Positions 28,001 to 35,457 of a stretch of DNA of 64,000 nt are shown here, in pieces. The stretch is from Candidatus Eiseniibacteriota bacterium. Lineage in GTDB: Bacteria > Eisenbacteria > RBG-16-71-46 > CAIMUX01. Location of the stretch: positions 144,380-208,379 of the forward strand of contig JAWKQE010000005.1 of the NCBI GenBank assembly GCA_041390305.1, in the 5' to 3' direction. The notes beneath the pieces were generated by a model. That model did not search any database. It saw only the letters and a program-made list of their open reading frames with translations, and was not told where the DNA came from. Position 1 is the first letter of the stretch. Each line of letters opens with the position of its first letter. The position numbers were made by a program, and so were the translations under genes.

Positions 28001-29887
28001 CTTCCCCCCGAGACGCGGGACCAGTACAGCGGGGGCGTAGCGTCCTCCGCCACACTCCGGGCAGAGGATCTCCGCGTCCTCGACGAGATGGAGGCCGACG
28101 CGGATCACGCCCAGCCCCTCGCACGCCGGGCAGCGTCCTTCCTTGTTGTTGAACGAGAAGTGTCCTGGGCCGAACCCGAGCCGCTTCGCGTCCGGACTGT
28201 CCGCGAAGCTCTTACGCACGAGGTCGAAGAGACCGGACCAGGTCGCGGGCGTGCTCCGTGAGGTGCGTCCGATCGGACGCGCATCGAGGGCCCGCACGGT
28301 TGTGGAGAGTTCGCCCAGATCGAGCGATGCGAAGGGACCGCCCGGCGCGCCGGTCAGTGCGGGCAGGAGCGTCCCGAAGACGAGTGAGCTCTTTCCCGCA
28401 CCGGACGGACCGATGACGACGTTCAGCGCACCGAGTTCGACCGTGAAGTCGTCGCCCTCGAGGTTGTGGAGGGTCGCGCCACGCAGCGTCAACTGTCCGC
28501 CGCTTGGTCGGCGGATCGCCTTGGGGGTCGGCGGCGGGCCGAGCGGATCCAGGGACGGCTCGCCGGCAGGGAGAACGCGCCCCCCTTCCGGCCCCGCACC
28601 TGGACCCAAGCGAACGATCCGATCCGCGTGCCGCACCATGTCGGGATCGTGCTCGACGACGATGAGCGTGTTCCCGAGCGCTCTGAGTTCGCTCAGCACC
28701 GCGCGCATCCCCTCCTGCGCGCTCGGGTGGAGCCCGAGTGTCGGTTCATCGAACGCGAAGAGCGTGCCGGAGAGTCCAGCGGTGAGTTGCGCGACGAGAC
28801 CGAGTCGCTGCGCTTCTCCCCCGGAGAGGGTCGTACTCTCACGGCCCAGGGAGAGGTGACCGAGACCGAGTCGGATCATCCGGTCGAGGCGCGCGTCGAT
28901 CTCGGGACGGAGTGCCTGCAGGACTTCGTGCGGCGGCAACTGATCCAGCGATGGCATGAGCCCCTGGACGGGAAGCGCGAGCAGCTCGGGCAGACGGATC
29001 GTCCCGATCATGGCCTCGCGACCGGGACGCGAGAGGCGCGAGCCCGCACACACCGTGCATGGAACGGAGCGCACGAAGCGGAGCACGTTCGGATTCCGGT
29101 TCCGCTTCAGCGTCTCCTCGATCACGGGGACGAGACCGCGGTAGTAGCCCTCCTCGCGGGGCCGGGCCGTGATCCCCTCCCACTTCATCCGCGACTCGAT
29201 CGGATGCTTCCCGAACGGCACCTGGAGGGCAGTCGTCCCGAAGAAGATGACATTCCGCTGCTCGTCCGTCAGCTCCCGCCACGGAGTGTGGACATCGAAC
29301 CCATGAGCCTCGCAGATCGTCTCCATCACATCGAGCGTGACCTGACTGTAGACGGTGTATCCGTTCTTCAGCGTCGGGACGAGGGCGCCATCTCTCAGGC
29401 TCTTACCCGCGTCCGCGACGAGGAGTTCGGGATCGACCCGATCCTCGACTCCGATCCCGCCGCAGGACTCACATGCACCGACAGGATGATTGAAACTGAA
29501 GTGACTCCGCGTGAGCGACGCACCTTCCGGATCCACCGCGCAACGTGCGTACGCGAGGCGAAGGAGGTCGAGCACACCGGTCATGGTCCCGACCGTCGAC
29601 CGGAGGTTGGCGGTGAACGCGCGCTCCCCGAGCGCGATCGCGGCCGGCAGACCCGTGAGCTCCCGCACGGAGGCACGGCCCAGCTTTCCGAAGTACTGCC
29701 GCGCCCGGGGAGACAGTGTTCCGAGGAACCGGCACTGGCCTTCACGGACCAGGGTTCCGAAGACGAGTGACGTCTTCCCCGAGCCAGACGGGCCGACGAC
29801 GGCGATCCACTCGCCGTGGGGAAGATTGAGGTCGATGCCCTGGAGGTTGTGCTCGGTGGCGCCTCGGAGTCTCAGGATGCCGGACAT
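25052..29887 (-). CDS. Tandemly duplicated (single-chain double) UvrA-like ABC ATPase, 1611 aa with four nucleotide-binding modules
   Basis: Four Walker A sites (GPSGSGKTSLVFGTL, GPSGAGKSSLVFGTL, GVSGSGKSSLAFGTL, GPSGSGKSTLLFDVI). Four ABC signature / Walker B pairs. UvrA-type Zn-finger Cys pairs. Acidic DAQT/DARA low-complexity linker. Confidence 0.8.
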   Translation of the reverse strand: MSGILRLRGATEHNLQGIDLNLPHGEWIAVVGPSGSGKTSLVFGTLVREGQCRFLGTLSPRARQYFGKLGRASVRELTGLPAAIALGERAFTANLRSTVGTMTGVLDLLRLAYARCAVDPEGASLTRSHFSFNHPVGACESCGGIGVEDRVDPELLVADAGKSLRDGALVPTLKNGYTVYSQVTLDVMETICEAHGFDVHTPWRELTDEQRNVIFFGTTALQVPFGKHPIESRMKWEGITARPREEGYYRGLVPVIEETLKRNRNPNVLRFVRSVPCTVCAGSRLSRPGREAMIGTIRLPELLALPVQGLMPSLDQLPPHEVLQALRPEIDARLDRMIRLGLGHLSLGRESTTLSGGEAQRLGLVAQLTAGLSGTLFAFDEPTLGLHPSAQEGMRAVLSELRALGNTLIVVEHDPDMVRHADRIVRLGPGAGPEGGRVLPAGEPSLDPLGPPPTPKAIRRPSGGQLTLRGATLHNLEGDDFTVELGALNVVIGPSGAGKSSLVFGTLLPALTGAPGGPFASLDLGELSTTVRALDARPIGRTSRSTPATWSGLFDLVRKSFADSPDAKRLGFGPGHFSFNNKEGRCPACEGLGVIRVGLHLVEDAEILCPECGGGRYAPAVLVPRLGGKTIAEVLALTVRDAVSFFADDRRVANLCRAMDDLGLGYVSLGQPSGQLSRGESQRVKLATLLGTTDAAPTLLLLDEPDRGLHPTDLALLIRALDRLIEAGHTVVAISHHRHLWAAADVLVELEDGAIRRDPEVDWGRVGADARTIASARPLPSAPSEIHLAGVSTNNLQGIDVRIPRGKLTGICGVSGSGKSSLAFGTLAAEAWQRFAESLPFEVRRQVRRMPRPRLEAARGLGPTLSLRQGEHGGGARSTVATQSGVGPTLRLLFARAGKRDGTPCGLTAEHFSSDRALGACPACHGRGVLELCDPDRLVTSPERSLLRGALAGTKPGEFFSEPEGRYVATLRAALFALAAEPGDGPREEGGGPALRVSEAGVDLSAPWRDLPAWVRRVALEGAGERVFQVSWEFGADKREGDGAHQFQSKWSGFLALTESEARKRAGHKNAAAWSAPLVPSPCPKCTGSGLGVDARAVTLGGTSDPTSVRARTLPELLLLPMTDLLAFLGELVRLGDDAVGASAHAAIRSLVPEIRARLADLERLGLGHLPLGRYTDALSSGERQRVRLAAVLRAELSGATIVLDEPSAGLQPRETRVLIAALRGLCDEGNTVVVVEHDRDVLRAADHLIELGPGAGPDGGRIVAEGAPEEVLSDEPTKPTRSPRADGQADIQVDARADAQTDAQTDAQVDARADAQTDARATDTPRVRFRGIDAGPIRGLDLDLPRSGLVSIVGPSGSGKSTLLFDVIEASFRAGTPAGCDAIEPVDALTHFRSIHGRATTLRAGSVLTALGLMTPFQRFYHAAAGASDLPAQAFSFHSPKGRCPACGGTGHERVAMDFMADLDLPCPVCEGRRYRPEPLAVRWDGLDPSEFLDQPATSLASRLPDSAKSLRAGLDALVRAGLGHLALGREVRTLSGGEVQRLGLAQSLMDRGSPALHLFDEPGAGQHPADLERLVSALGELCTRGDLVVIADHRRALIDASCRVVHLGG
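25931..26026. repeat. Degenerate 12-nt tandem repeat (about x8, ...TTGGGCGTC) within the double-UvrA CDS, encoding a (DAQT/DARA)n linker
   Basis: Seen directly in the sequence. Confidence 0.8.
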
Positions 29888-30014
29888 GCGGGGACTCTAG
29901 CTGCTCGGGTGACCGCGATCCTCCCCAGATTCGCCTTGGGATGAGGCCCGAGTCCGACCGACGTGGCATACTCACTACCATCCACTCAGGGGCCACAAAG
30001 AAGAGGAATCGACC

Positions 30015-30383
30015 ATGGAACTCGGAGCATTCTCGGTCAGCCTGGCCGTCAAGGACTTGGAAGCGTCGCGTACCTTCTACGCAGCATTCGGATTCGAGGT
30101 GGTGGGCGGGGACGCCGCGCAGAACTGGCTCATCCTCCGAAACGGAAACCACACGATCGGTCTGTTCCAGGGCATGTTCGAGCAGAACATCCTCACCTTC
30201 AATCCGGGCTGGAACGCACAGGCGGAGCCGCTGGACTCCTTCACGGACGTCCGGGAGATCGCGAGGGACCTCGAGGCGAAGGGGATCACTCTCGTGCAGA
30301 AGAACCTCGACGGAACGGGGCCCGGCAGCCTCGTCGTCCTCGACCCGGATGGGAACCCGGTCCTGATCGACCAGCACGTGTAG
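30015..30383 (+). CDS. VOC/glyoxalase-family protein
   Basis: Strong SD (AAGAGGAA). 122 aa with a glyoxalase/bleomycin-resistance-like beta-alpha-beta-beta-beta pattern ([17 protein letters not shown]...GFEVV). Confidence 0.7.
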   Translation: MELGAFSVSLAVKDLEASRTFYAAFGFEVVGGDAAQNWLILRNGNHTIGLFQGMFEQNILTFNPGWNAQAEPLDSFTDVREIARDLEAKGITLVQKNLDGTGPGSLVVLDPDGNPVLIDQHV

Positions 30384-30512
30384 CAGACTCGTTCGGGGCC
30401 ATGCAGATCGACAGGGACTCCCGGCCGCGGACCGTGATACTCTCTCCCCCTCGGTGAGTCCCCCCTCTCCTGGTAGTTCCCTCGTGCCCTGATCTCCAGC
30501 CAGGAGGCACTC

Positions 30513-31145
30513 ATGAACCTGAAACCGGCCTTCGCATCCGTTCACCGTTCGTTACCCACACTCACCGCCGCCATCGCCGTGCCCATCGCCCTTCTCGGAT
30601 TGGTCCAATCCTCGGCGATCGCCGACTGGAGCATCCCTGATCCAGCCCTCTGCTCGGTCTCACCGTGCGACGAGCTCGACGGCCTGGTTCTCACTCCAGA
30701 CAGCCCTCATCCGCAACCTGCGAGCCGGGTCGAAGTGGTGGTCAGGAACGACGGCAACTCGCCGATTCCGCATGCGTCTGTGGCAGTGGAGATAGTGAGC
30801 CCCAATCTCTTGTGCCCAACCGCGATACTCACGGAGCATGCCGACCACGACGGCCATGTATCCCTGGTCTTGGCGGGGGGTGGTTGCATCTCGGACGTCA
30901 GTCTGGCCACGGTCATCAAAGCGAACGGCATCACGATCCGCCACTACCGGAACGTGAAGAGCCCGGACTTCGACGGCAGTGGCGGAGATCTCAAGGTCGA
31001 CATCGCCGATCTGGTCGCGTTCTCGGGCGAGTTTCTCGGCACGTCGGCTCCGGGTTGTCACGACTATGACAACTCCGGCACGACGGATCTCGGAGACCTC
31101 ATCATCTTCGCGCCGACGTTCACGGACGCCAGCCACTGCCCGTAG
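30513..31145 (+). CDS. Small secreted protein with two C-terminal dockerin/EF-hand-like Ca-binding repeats, tandem paralog 1 of 3
   Basis: AGGAGG SD. Signal peptide MNLKPAFASVHRSLPTLTAAIAVPIALLGL. Motifs DFDGSGGDLKVDIADLVAF and DYDNSGTTDLGDLIIF. Ends in HCP. Confidence 0.75.
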   Translation: MNLKPAFASVHRSLPTLTAAIAVPIALLGLVQSSAIADWSIPDPALCSVSPCDELDGLVLTPDSPHPQPASRVEVVVRNDGNSPIPHASVAVEIVSPNLLCPTAILTEHADHDGHVSLVLAGGGCISDVSLATVIKANGITIRHYRNVKSPDFDGSGGDLKVDIADLVAFSGEFLGTSAPGCHDYDNSGTTDLGDLIIFAPTFTDASHCP

Positions 31146-31319
31146 CCGAGGACGGCAATTCTCGTGCGGGATCGGTTGGAACTTGTCTGCCGAAGAGGCT
31201 GAGCGGAACACTCCGGGTCGAAAGTGCTTTCCGCGCGTCCCGTCTGATATGCTCTCCATTGGTAGGTCCCCCTCTCGTGGAAGCCACCCAGCGTCCTGAT
31301 CTCCAGCCAGGAGGCACTG

Positions 31320-32000
31320 ATGAACCTGAAACCAGCCTTCGCATCCGCAAGAGTCTCGCTTCCCGCTCTCCTCATCACCCTGACCTCGACCCTTGCTCTT
31401 CTTGGATCGGCCCCGTCGGCTCGCGCAGACAACCTCGTGGACGGAGTGAGCATCGTTCCCGCAGGTTCGCCGGTATTGACGACCAACATCCCGGATCCAG
31501 CCAGCTCCTCGGTCACTCCGTGTGATGAGCTGGGCGGGGTCGTCCTGTCACCCAACGTCCCGAGTCCGCTCACGGCGACGCAGATCCAGATCGTGGTCCG
31601 GAACGTCGCAATGGCCCCGATCATCGACGCTGCGATCGAAGTTCGGTTTCACACTCCAGAACTCGTCTGCCCGAACGCCGTACTCACGGGGATGACGGAC
31701 TCCTCGGGACGCCTTTCGCTGACTCTGGCCGGTGGCGGTTGCCAAACGGACGAGTTCTTCGGCTGTGTCGTCAGGGCGAACGGCGTGACGATCCGGAACT
31801 TCAGCAACGTGAAGAGCCCGGACTTCGATGGTGCCGGTGGAGACCACAAGGTCGACATCGCCGACCTCGTCGCATTCTCGGCAGAGTTTCTCGGAACCTC
31901 GGCTCCGGACTGTCACGACTATGACAACACCGGTACGACGGACCTCGGGGATCTGATCATGTTCGCGCCGGCGTTCACGGACGCCAGCCACTGCCCGTAG
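31320..32000 (+). CDS. Small secreted dockerin-like-repeat protein, tandem paralog 2 of 3
   Basis: Near-identical upstream region and N-terminus (MNLKPAFASARVSLP...). Same two D-x-D-G/N-x-G...DL repeats. Ends in HCP. Confidence 0.75.
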   Translation: MNLKPAFASARVSLPALLITLTSTLALLGSAPSARADNLVDGVSIVPAGSPVLTTNIPDPASSSVTPCDELGGVVLSPNVPSPLTATQIQIVVRNVAMAPIIDAAIEVRFHTPELVCPNAVLTGMTDSSGRLSLTLAGGGCQTDEFFGCVVRANGVTIRNFSNVKSPDFDGAGGDHKVDIADLVAFSAEFLGTSAPDCHDYDNTGTTDLGDLIMFAPAFTDASHCP

Positions 32001-32153
32001 GCGGAGCGGCTTGCCGTTCCGCAGCCCCTGATCGCGATTCGTGACGGGGGTCAACACGGCTTGGCTTGTTCCGTGTGTGGGCATTCGCCATCCGGGCGGT
32101 GCCCGCTCCCCAAACCCCTTGGGCCCGGGTGCAGCCGGGCTCTTGGAGGAAGA

Positions 32154-32778
32154 CATGAAGTCCCACTCGTGGTTCCTGCCTCCGCGCTCTCGTTCTGTCG
32201 TCCCTGGAGTACTTCTGGTCGGAGTTCTCCTCGCACCGACCCTCGCGGCCGCCGATACGGCTCCCGCTCCGGAGCGCTGTACGGTCACACCGTGCGACGG
32301 CCTCGGCGGCGTCGTGCTGGTTCCCGACCTGCCGTCCGTCGCTCCGGCGTCCGACATCGTCGTCACCCTACGAAACGACGCCAACGCCCCGCTCCCCGCA
32401 TGGGAAGTGAGTTGCACCTTCACGGCAGGGACCCTGTGCCCGAGTGCGGTGCTGACGGGCGTGACCGATGCCAATGGCCAGGTCGCGTTCCGTTTCACCG
32501 GCGGGGGCTGTGGCCAGGGGGCCGTCGTGGCCCGCATCGACGCGTCGAACCTCACGCCCATCTACAACGTCCGCACCTTCGACGTCGTGAAGAGCCCGGA
32601 CTTCGACGGCGCGGGCGCAGACGGAGTCGTCAATGTCGCGGATCTCGTCGTCTTCTCGGGGGAGTTCCTCGGAACGTCCCCGGCAGATTGTCACGACTAC
32701 GACAACTCCGGCGCGACGGACCTGGGCGACCTCATCATCATGTCGCCCGCGTTCGTGAACCAGGTGCGATGCCAGTGA
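32154..32778 (+). CDS. Small secreted dockerin-like-repeat protein, tandem paralog 3 of 3 (more diverged)
   Basis: Internal ATG 32154 with GGAGGAAGAC SD. Signal peptide MKSHSWFLPPRSRSVVPGVLLVGVLLAPTLAAA. Motifs DFDGAGADGVVNVADLVVF and DYDNSGATDLGDLIIM. Confidence 0.7.
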
Positions 32779-32893
32779 GTCCATCCGGCCGTTCCTCGAC
32801 TCACGGGCAGCCGTGAGTCGAGGCATCGGATCCCGGACCACCGCACGTTGCACTCCGGGAGGGAACCGGATTGGATCGGTCCGCCTCCACCGC

Positions 32894-33229
32894 CTACCGC
32901 TGACACATTCTCCAGATGACCAGCGCCACTCCGACGACGTACGCGGTCCCACAGACTGGGAAGATCTGGTCGGCCATCCAGCGGGGCAGGAAGATGTCCG
33001 TCACGGCGCCGCGCTCCGCCCCCTGACGTTCGGCCAGAATCGTGAGCGGACAGGTGCCACGGAAGGCGGCCAGGACGAGGGATTCAACGAGGAGAGCACC
33101 CGCGGCGGCCCAGGTCCAGGAGGTGACCCGGTTCGCCACGCCGGCAAAGAGAACGAAGAGCACGCAGAAGCTGAGCGCAAAGCAGATCAACGTGTGAAGG
33201 AACTTGATCTGAAAGATCGTGATCCTCAT
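32894..33229 (-). CDS. DUF2784-like small integral membrane protein
   Basis: Internal ATG 33229. MRITIFQIKFLHTLICFALSFCVLFVLFAG...CPLTILAERQ pattern resembles the DUF2784 family. Confidence 0.5.
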   Translation of the reverse strand: MRITIFQIKFLHTLICFALSFCVLFVLFAGVANRVTSWTWAAAGALLVESLVLAAFRGTCPLTILAERQGAERGAVTDIFLPRWMADQIFPVCGTAYVVGVALVIWRMCQR

Positions 33230-33258
33230 GTTCGCGCCCCCCGCCGGCCGAGTACCGA

Positions 33259-33690
33259 TCAGGAATCCTGACTCAGGATCGCCGCGGTCTTCTCGAGCTC
33301 GTCCAGGAGCGCGAGCGCACCCCTTCCCGACATGGAGAACGGATCGAGCTTCGGCTTCTCGGAGAAGCGGAGCACGGTGCTGAGGTTCACCTTCGAGAGG
33401 TCCACCCGCCCCATCCGCCAACAGGAGAAGCGGCGCTCCCCGATCTCCTCGTAGTGGAGCAGCGTGCATTCTTCGTGACGCGTATCCTGCACGATCTTGT
33501 TGTAGAGCGCGTTCACTTCCTCCCGGCCTCCCTCGAGGAGCTGAAGAAAGACGCCGTCTCCACTCGTGCAGAGAACTCCCGTGATCCCAAGCCGTTCGTT
33601 CTTCTCCCGAGACTTGGTCAGGATCGACGCAATGACTTCCGCCTCGACCGGCCCCTTCGCGCGACTCGCATAGAGCAGACTCACCAACAC
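33259..33690 (-). CDS. BLUF-domain (blue-light sensing using FAD) photoreceptor
   Basis: GTG start with GGGGAGGGGA SD. BLUF signature YxLxYASRA...ILTKSREKNERLGITGVL...FLQLLEGGREEVNALYNKIVQDTRH. Confidence 0.8.
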   Translation of the reverse strand: MLVSLLYASRAKGPVEAEVIASILTKSREKNERLGITGVLCTSGDGVFLQLLEGGREEVNALYNKIVQDTRHEECTLLHYEEIGERRFSCWRMGRVDLSKVNLSTVLRFSEKPKLDPFSMSGRGALALLDELEKTAAILSQDS

Positions 33691-33707
33691 GACATCCCCT
33701 CCCCTGG

Positions 33708-34484
33708 TTAGCGGCTCTCGCCCGAAAGGAGCGAGAGGAACTCTCTACGAAGGTGCGTATTCTTGAGGAACGCGCCTCGCATTATGCTGTTCGTCATCTT
33801 GGAATCCATGTCCTTCACGCCGCGCCACTGCATGCAGTAATGGTCCGCCTTCATCACGATGGCCAGCCCGTCGGGCTGCATCTTCTCCTGGAGGAGCTTG
33901 GCGAGCTGGGCCATCGCCTCCTCCTGGATCTGCGGCCGCGTCATGATCCACTCGACGAGACGGGCGTACTTCGAGAGCCCGATGAGGGCAGAGTGTTCGT
34001 TCGGAAGCACGCCGACCCAGACCTGCCCGATGATCGGGCAGAGATGGTGGGAGCACGCGCTCCGCACCGTCACCGGCCCCACGATCATGAGCTCGTTGAG
34101 GCGGGAAACGTTGGGGAACTCAGTGACGGGAGGCTCCGGCATGTAGCGCCCGCGGAACACCTCCTTGACGAACATCTTCGCGACCCGACGGGCGGTGTCC
34201 CGTGTGTTGTGGTCGTTCTCGGTGTCGATGACGAGCGCGCGGAGGACGTCCCGCATCTTCACCTCGACCTCCGCCTGGATCTCGTCCACCTCCCCTTCCT
34301 CGAGGAAGGAGCTGATGTTGTCGTTCGCGTAGAATCGACGCCCGGCGCGGAGGAGCCGGTTCCGGATCCGGTCGGCGGCCGGAGTTCCAGAATCGAAGGA
34401 ACCGGAAGGCTCGATTCCTTCCTTCTTCTGTCGTGGATTGGAGTTGGTGTCCATCCGGGACTCCGGACCTGGACCATCGTTCAT
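33708..34484 (-). CDS. folE: GTP cyclohydrolase I
   Basis: Motifs HNTRDTARRVAKMF, GPVTVRSACSHHLCPIIG and IVMKADHYCMQWRGV are diagnostic of FolE. Confidence 0.85.
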   Translation of the reverse strand: MNDGPGPESRMDTNSNPRQKKEGIEPSGSFDSGTPAADRIRNRLLRAGRRFYANDNISSFLEEGEVDEIQAEVEVKMRDVLRALVIDTENDHNTRDTARRVAKMFVKEVFRGRYMPEPPVTEFPNVSRLNELMIVGPVTVRSACSHHLCPIIGQVWVGVLPNEHSALIGLSKYARLVEWIMTRPQIQEEAMAQLAKLLQEKMQPDGLAIVMKADHYCMQWRGVKDMDSKMTNSIMRGAFLKNTHLRREFLSLLSGESR

Positions 34485-34674
34485 GAGTCGCTACCCTTCC
34501 CTTCCTGCGGACGAAGCCCAGGGCATTCTAGCAGCTCGCCGTGGGCATGTGTCGCGTTCGGACGGGGAGGGCGTTTGCCGCCGCGCGGTCGTGCGGAAGG
34601 GAGCGTCCCCGGAGGCGGGAAGCTTCGCGCCGTCCGCTGGGCCATCGACGACGCCGGTCGGGTACACTTCTCAG

Positions 34675-35295
34675 GTGACCGAACCCAAGACAGATCCGGC
34701 TCTGACCCGAGCCCTCGGCACCACCGTCGAGCTCCTGACCGCGATCCGCGGCGGTGACGAGGCCGCTCTCCACCGACTGGTCGAGATCTATCGTCCGCTC
34801 CTCGAGAGATGGGCTCGGGGACGCCTTCCCGGAACCGCGCGAGGGCTCGTCGAGACGAGTGACCTCGTGCAGCTGGCCTTCGTGCGCGTGCTCGCGAGAA
34901 TCGATCAGATCGATGCCCAGCGCCCGGGCGCACTCCTTGCCTATCTACGGCGAACGATCGTGAATCAGATGAGGAACGAGATCCGGAACGCGTCCCGACG
35001 ACCGATCCCTTCGACATCCGTCGAAGGGATCATGGACGTCGCGGCCCGATCGGACACGACCCTCTCACCACTCGACGAAGCGATCGGCGCCGAAACCGTC
35101 GACCGATACGAGGACGCGCTCTCCCAACTCCCCGAAGCGCAACAGATCGCCGTCATCCTCCGGATCGAGTTCGGGTGCGGACACGGCGAGATCGCGGAGG
35201 CAATCGGCAGCCCGAGCGCAAACGCGGCCCGCATGGTCGTGTCCCGCGCACTGGTCAAGATGGCCGAGCTCATGGATCCCGGCCCCCAAGCCTGA
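34675..35295 (+). CDS. ECF-type RNA polymerase sigma-70 factor; start uncertain (GTG 34675 proposed; the first ATG at 34483 overlaps the divergent folE start)
   Basis: Sigma-70 region 2 (LVQLAFVRVLARIDQ...LLAYLRRTIVNQMRNEIR) and region 4 (LSQLPEAQQIAVILRIEFGCGHGEIAEAIG...ARMVVSRALVKMAE). Confidence 0.7.
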   Translation: MTEPKTDPALTRALGTTVELLTAIRGGDEAALHRLVEIYRPLLERWARGRLPGTARGLVETSDLVQLAFVRVLARIDQIDAQRPGALLAYLRRTIVNQMRNEIRNASRRPIPSTSVEGIMDVAARSDTTLSPLDEAIGAETVDRYEDALSQLPEAQQIAVILRIEFGCGHGEIAEAIGSPSANAARMVVSRALVKMAELMDPGPQA

Positions 35296-35457
35296 GATTC
35301 TTCGAATCCGCGTGACACCCCACGGGGCGATCTCGCGCGTTTACGGGCAACCCCGACGGCGAGACTCTCTGCCAAACTCGCGAACCCGACTCCCGTAGCC
35401 AGCGCGTCCCCCGCCGGCCCGGGCCGATCGACCGTGTTCGCTGGAAGGAGCCGAACC

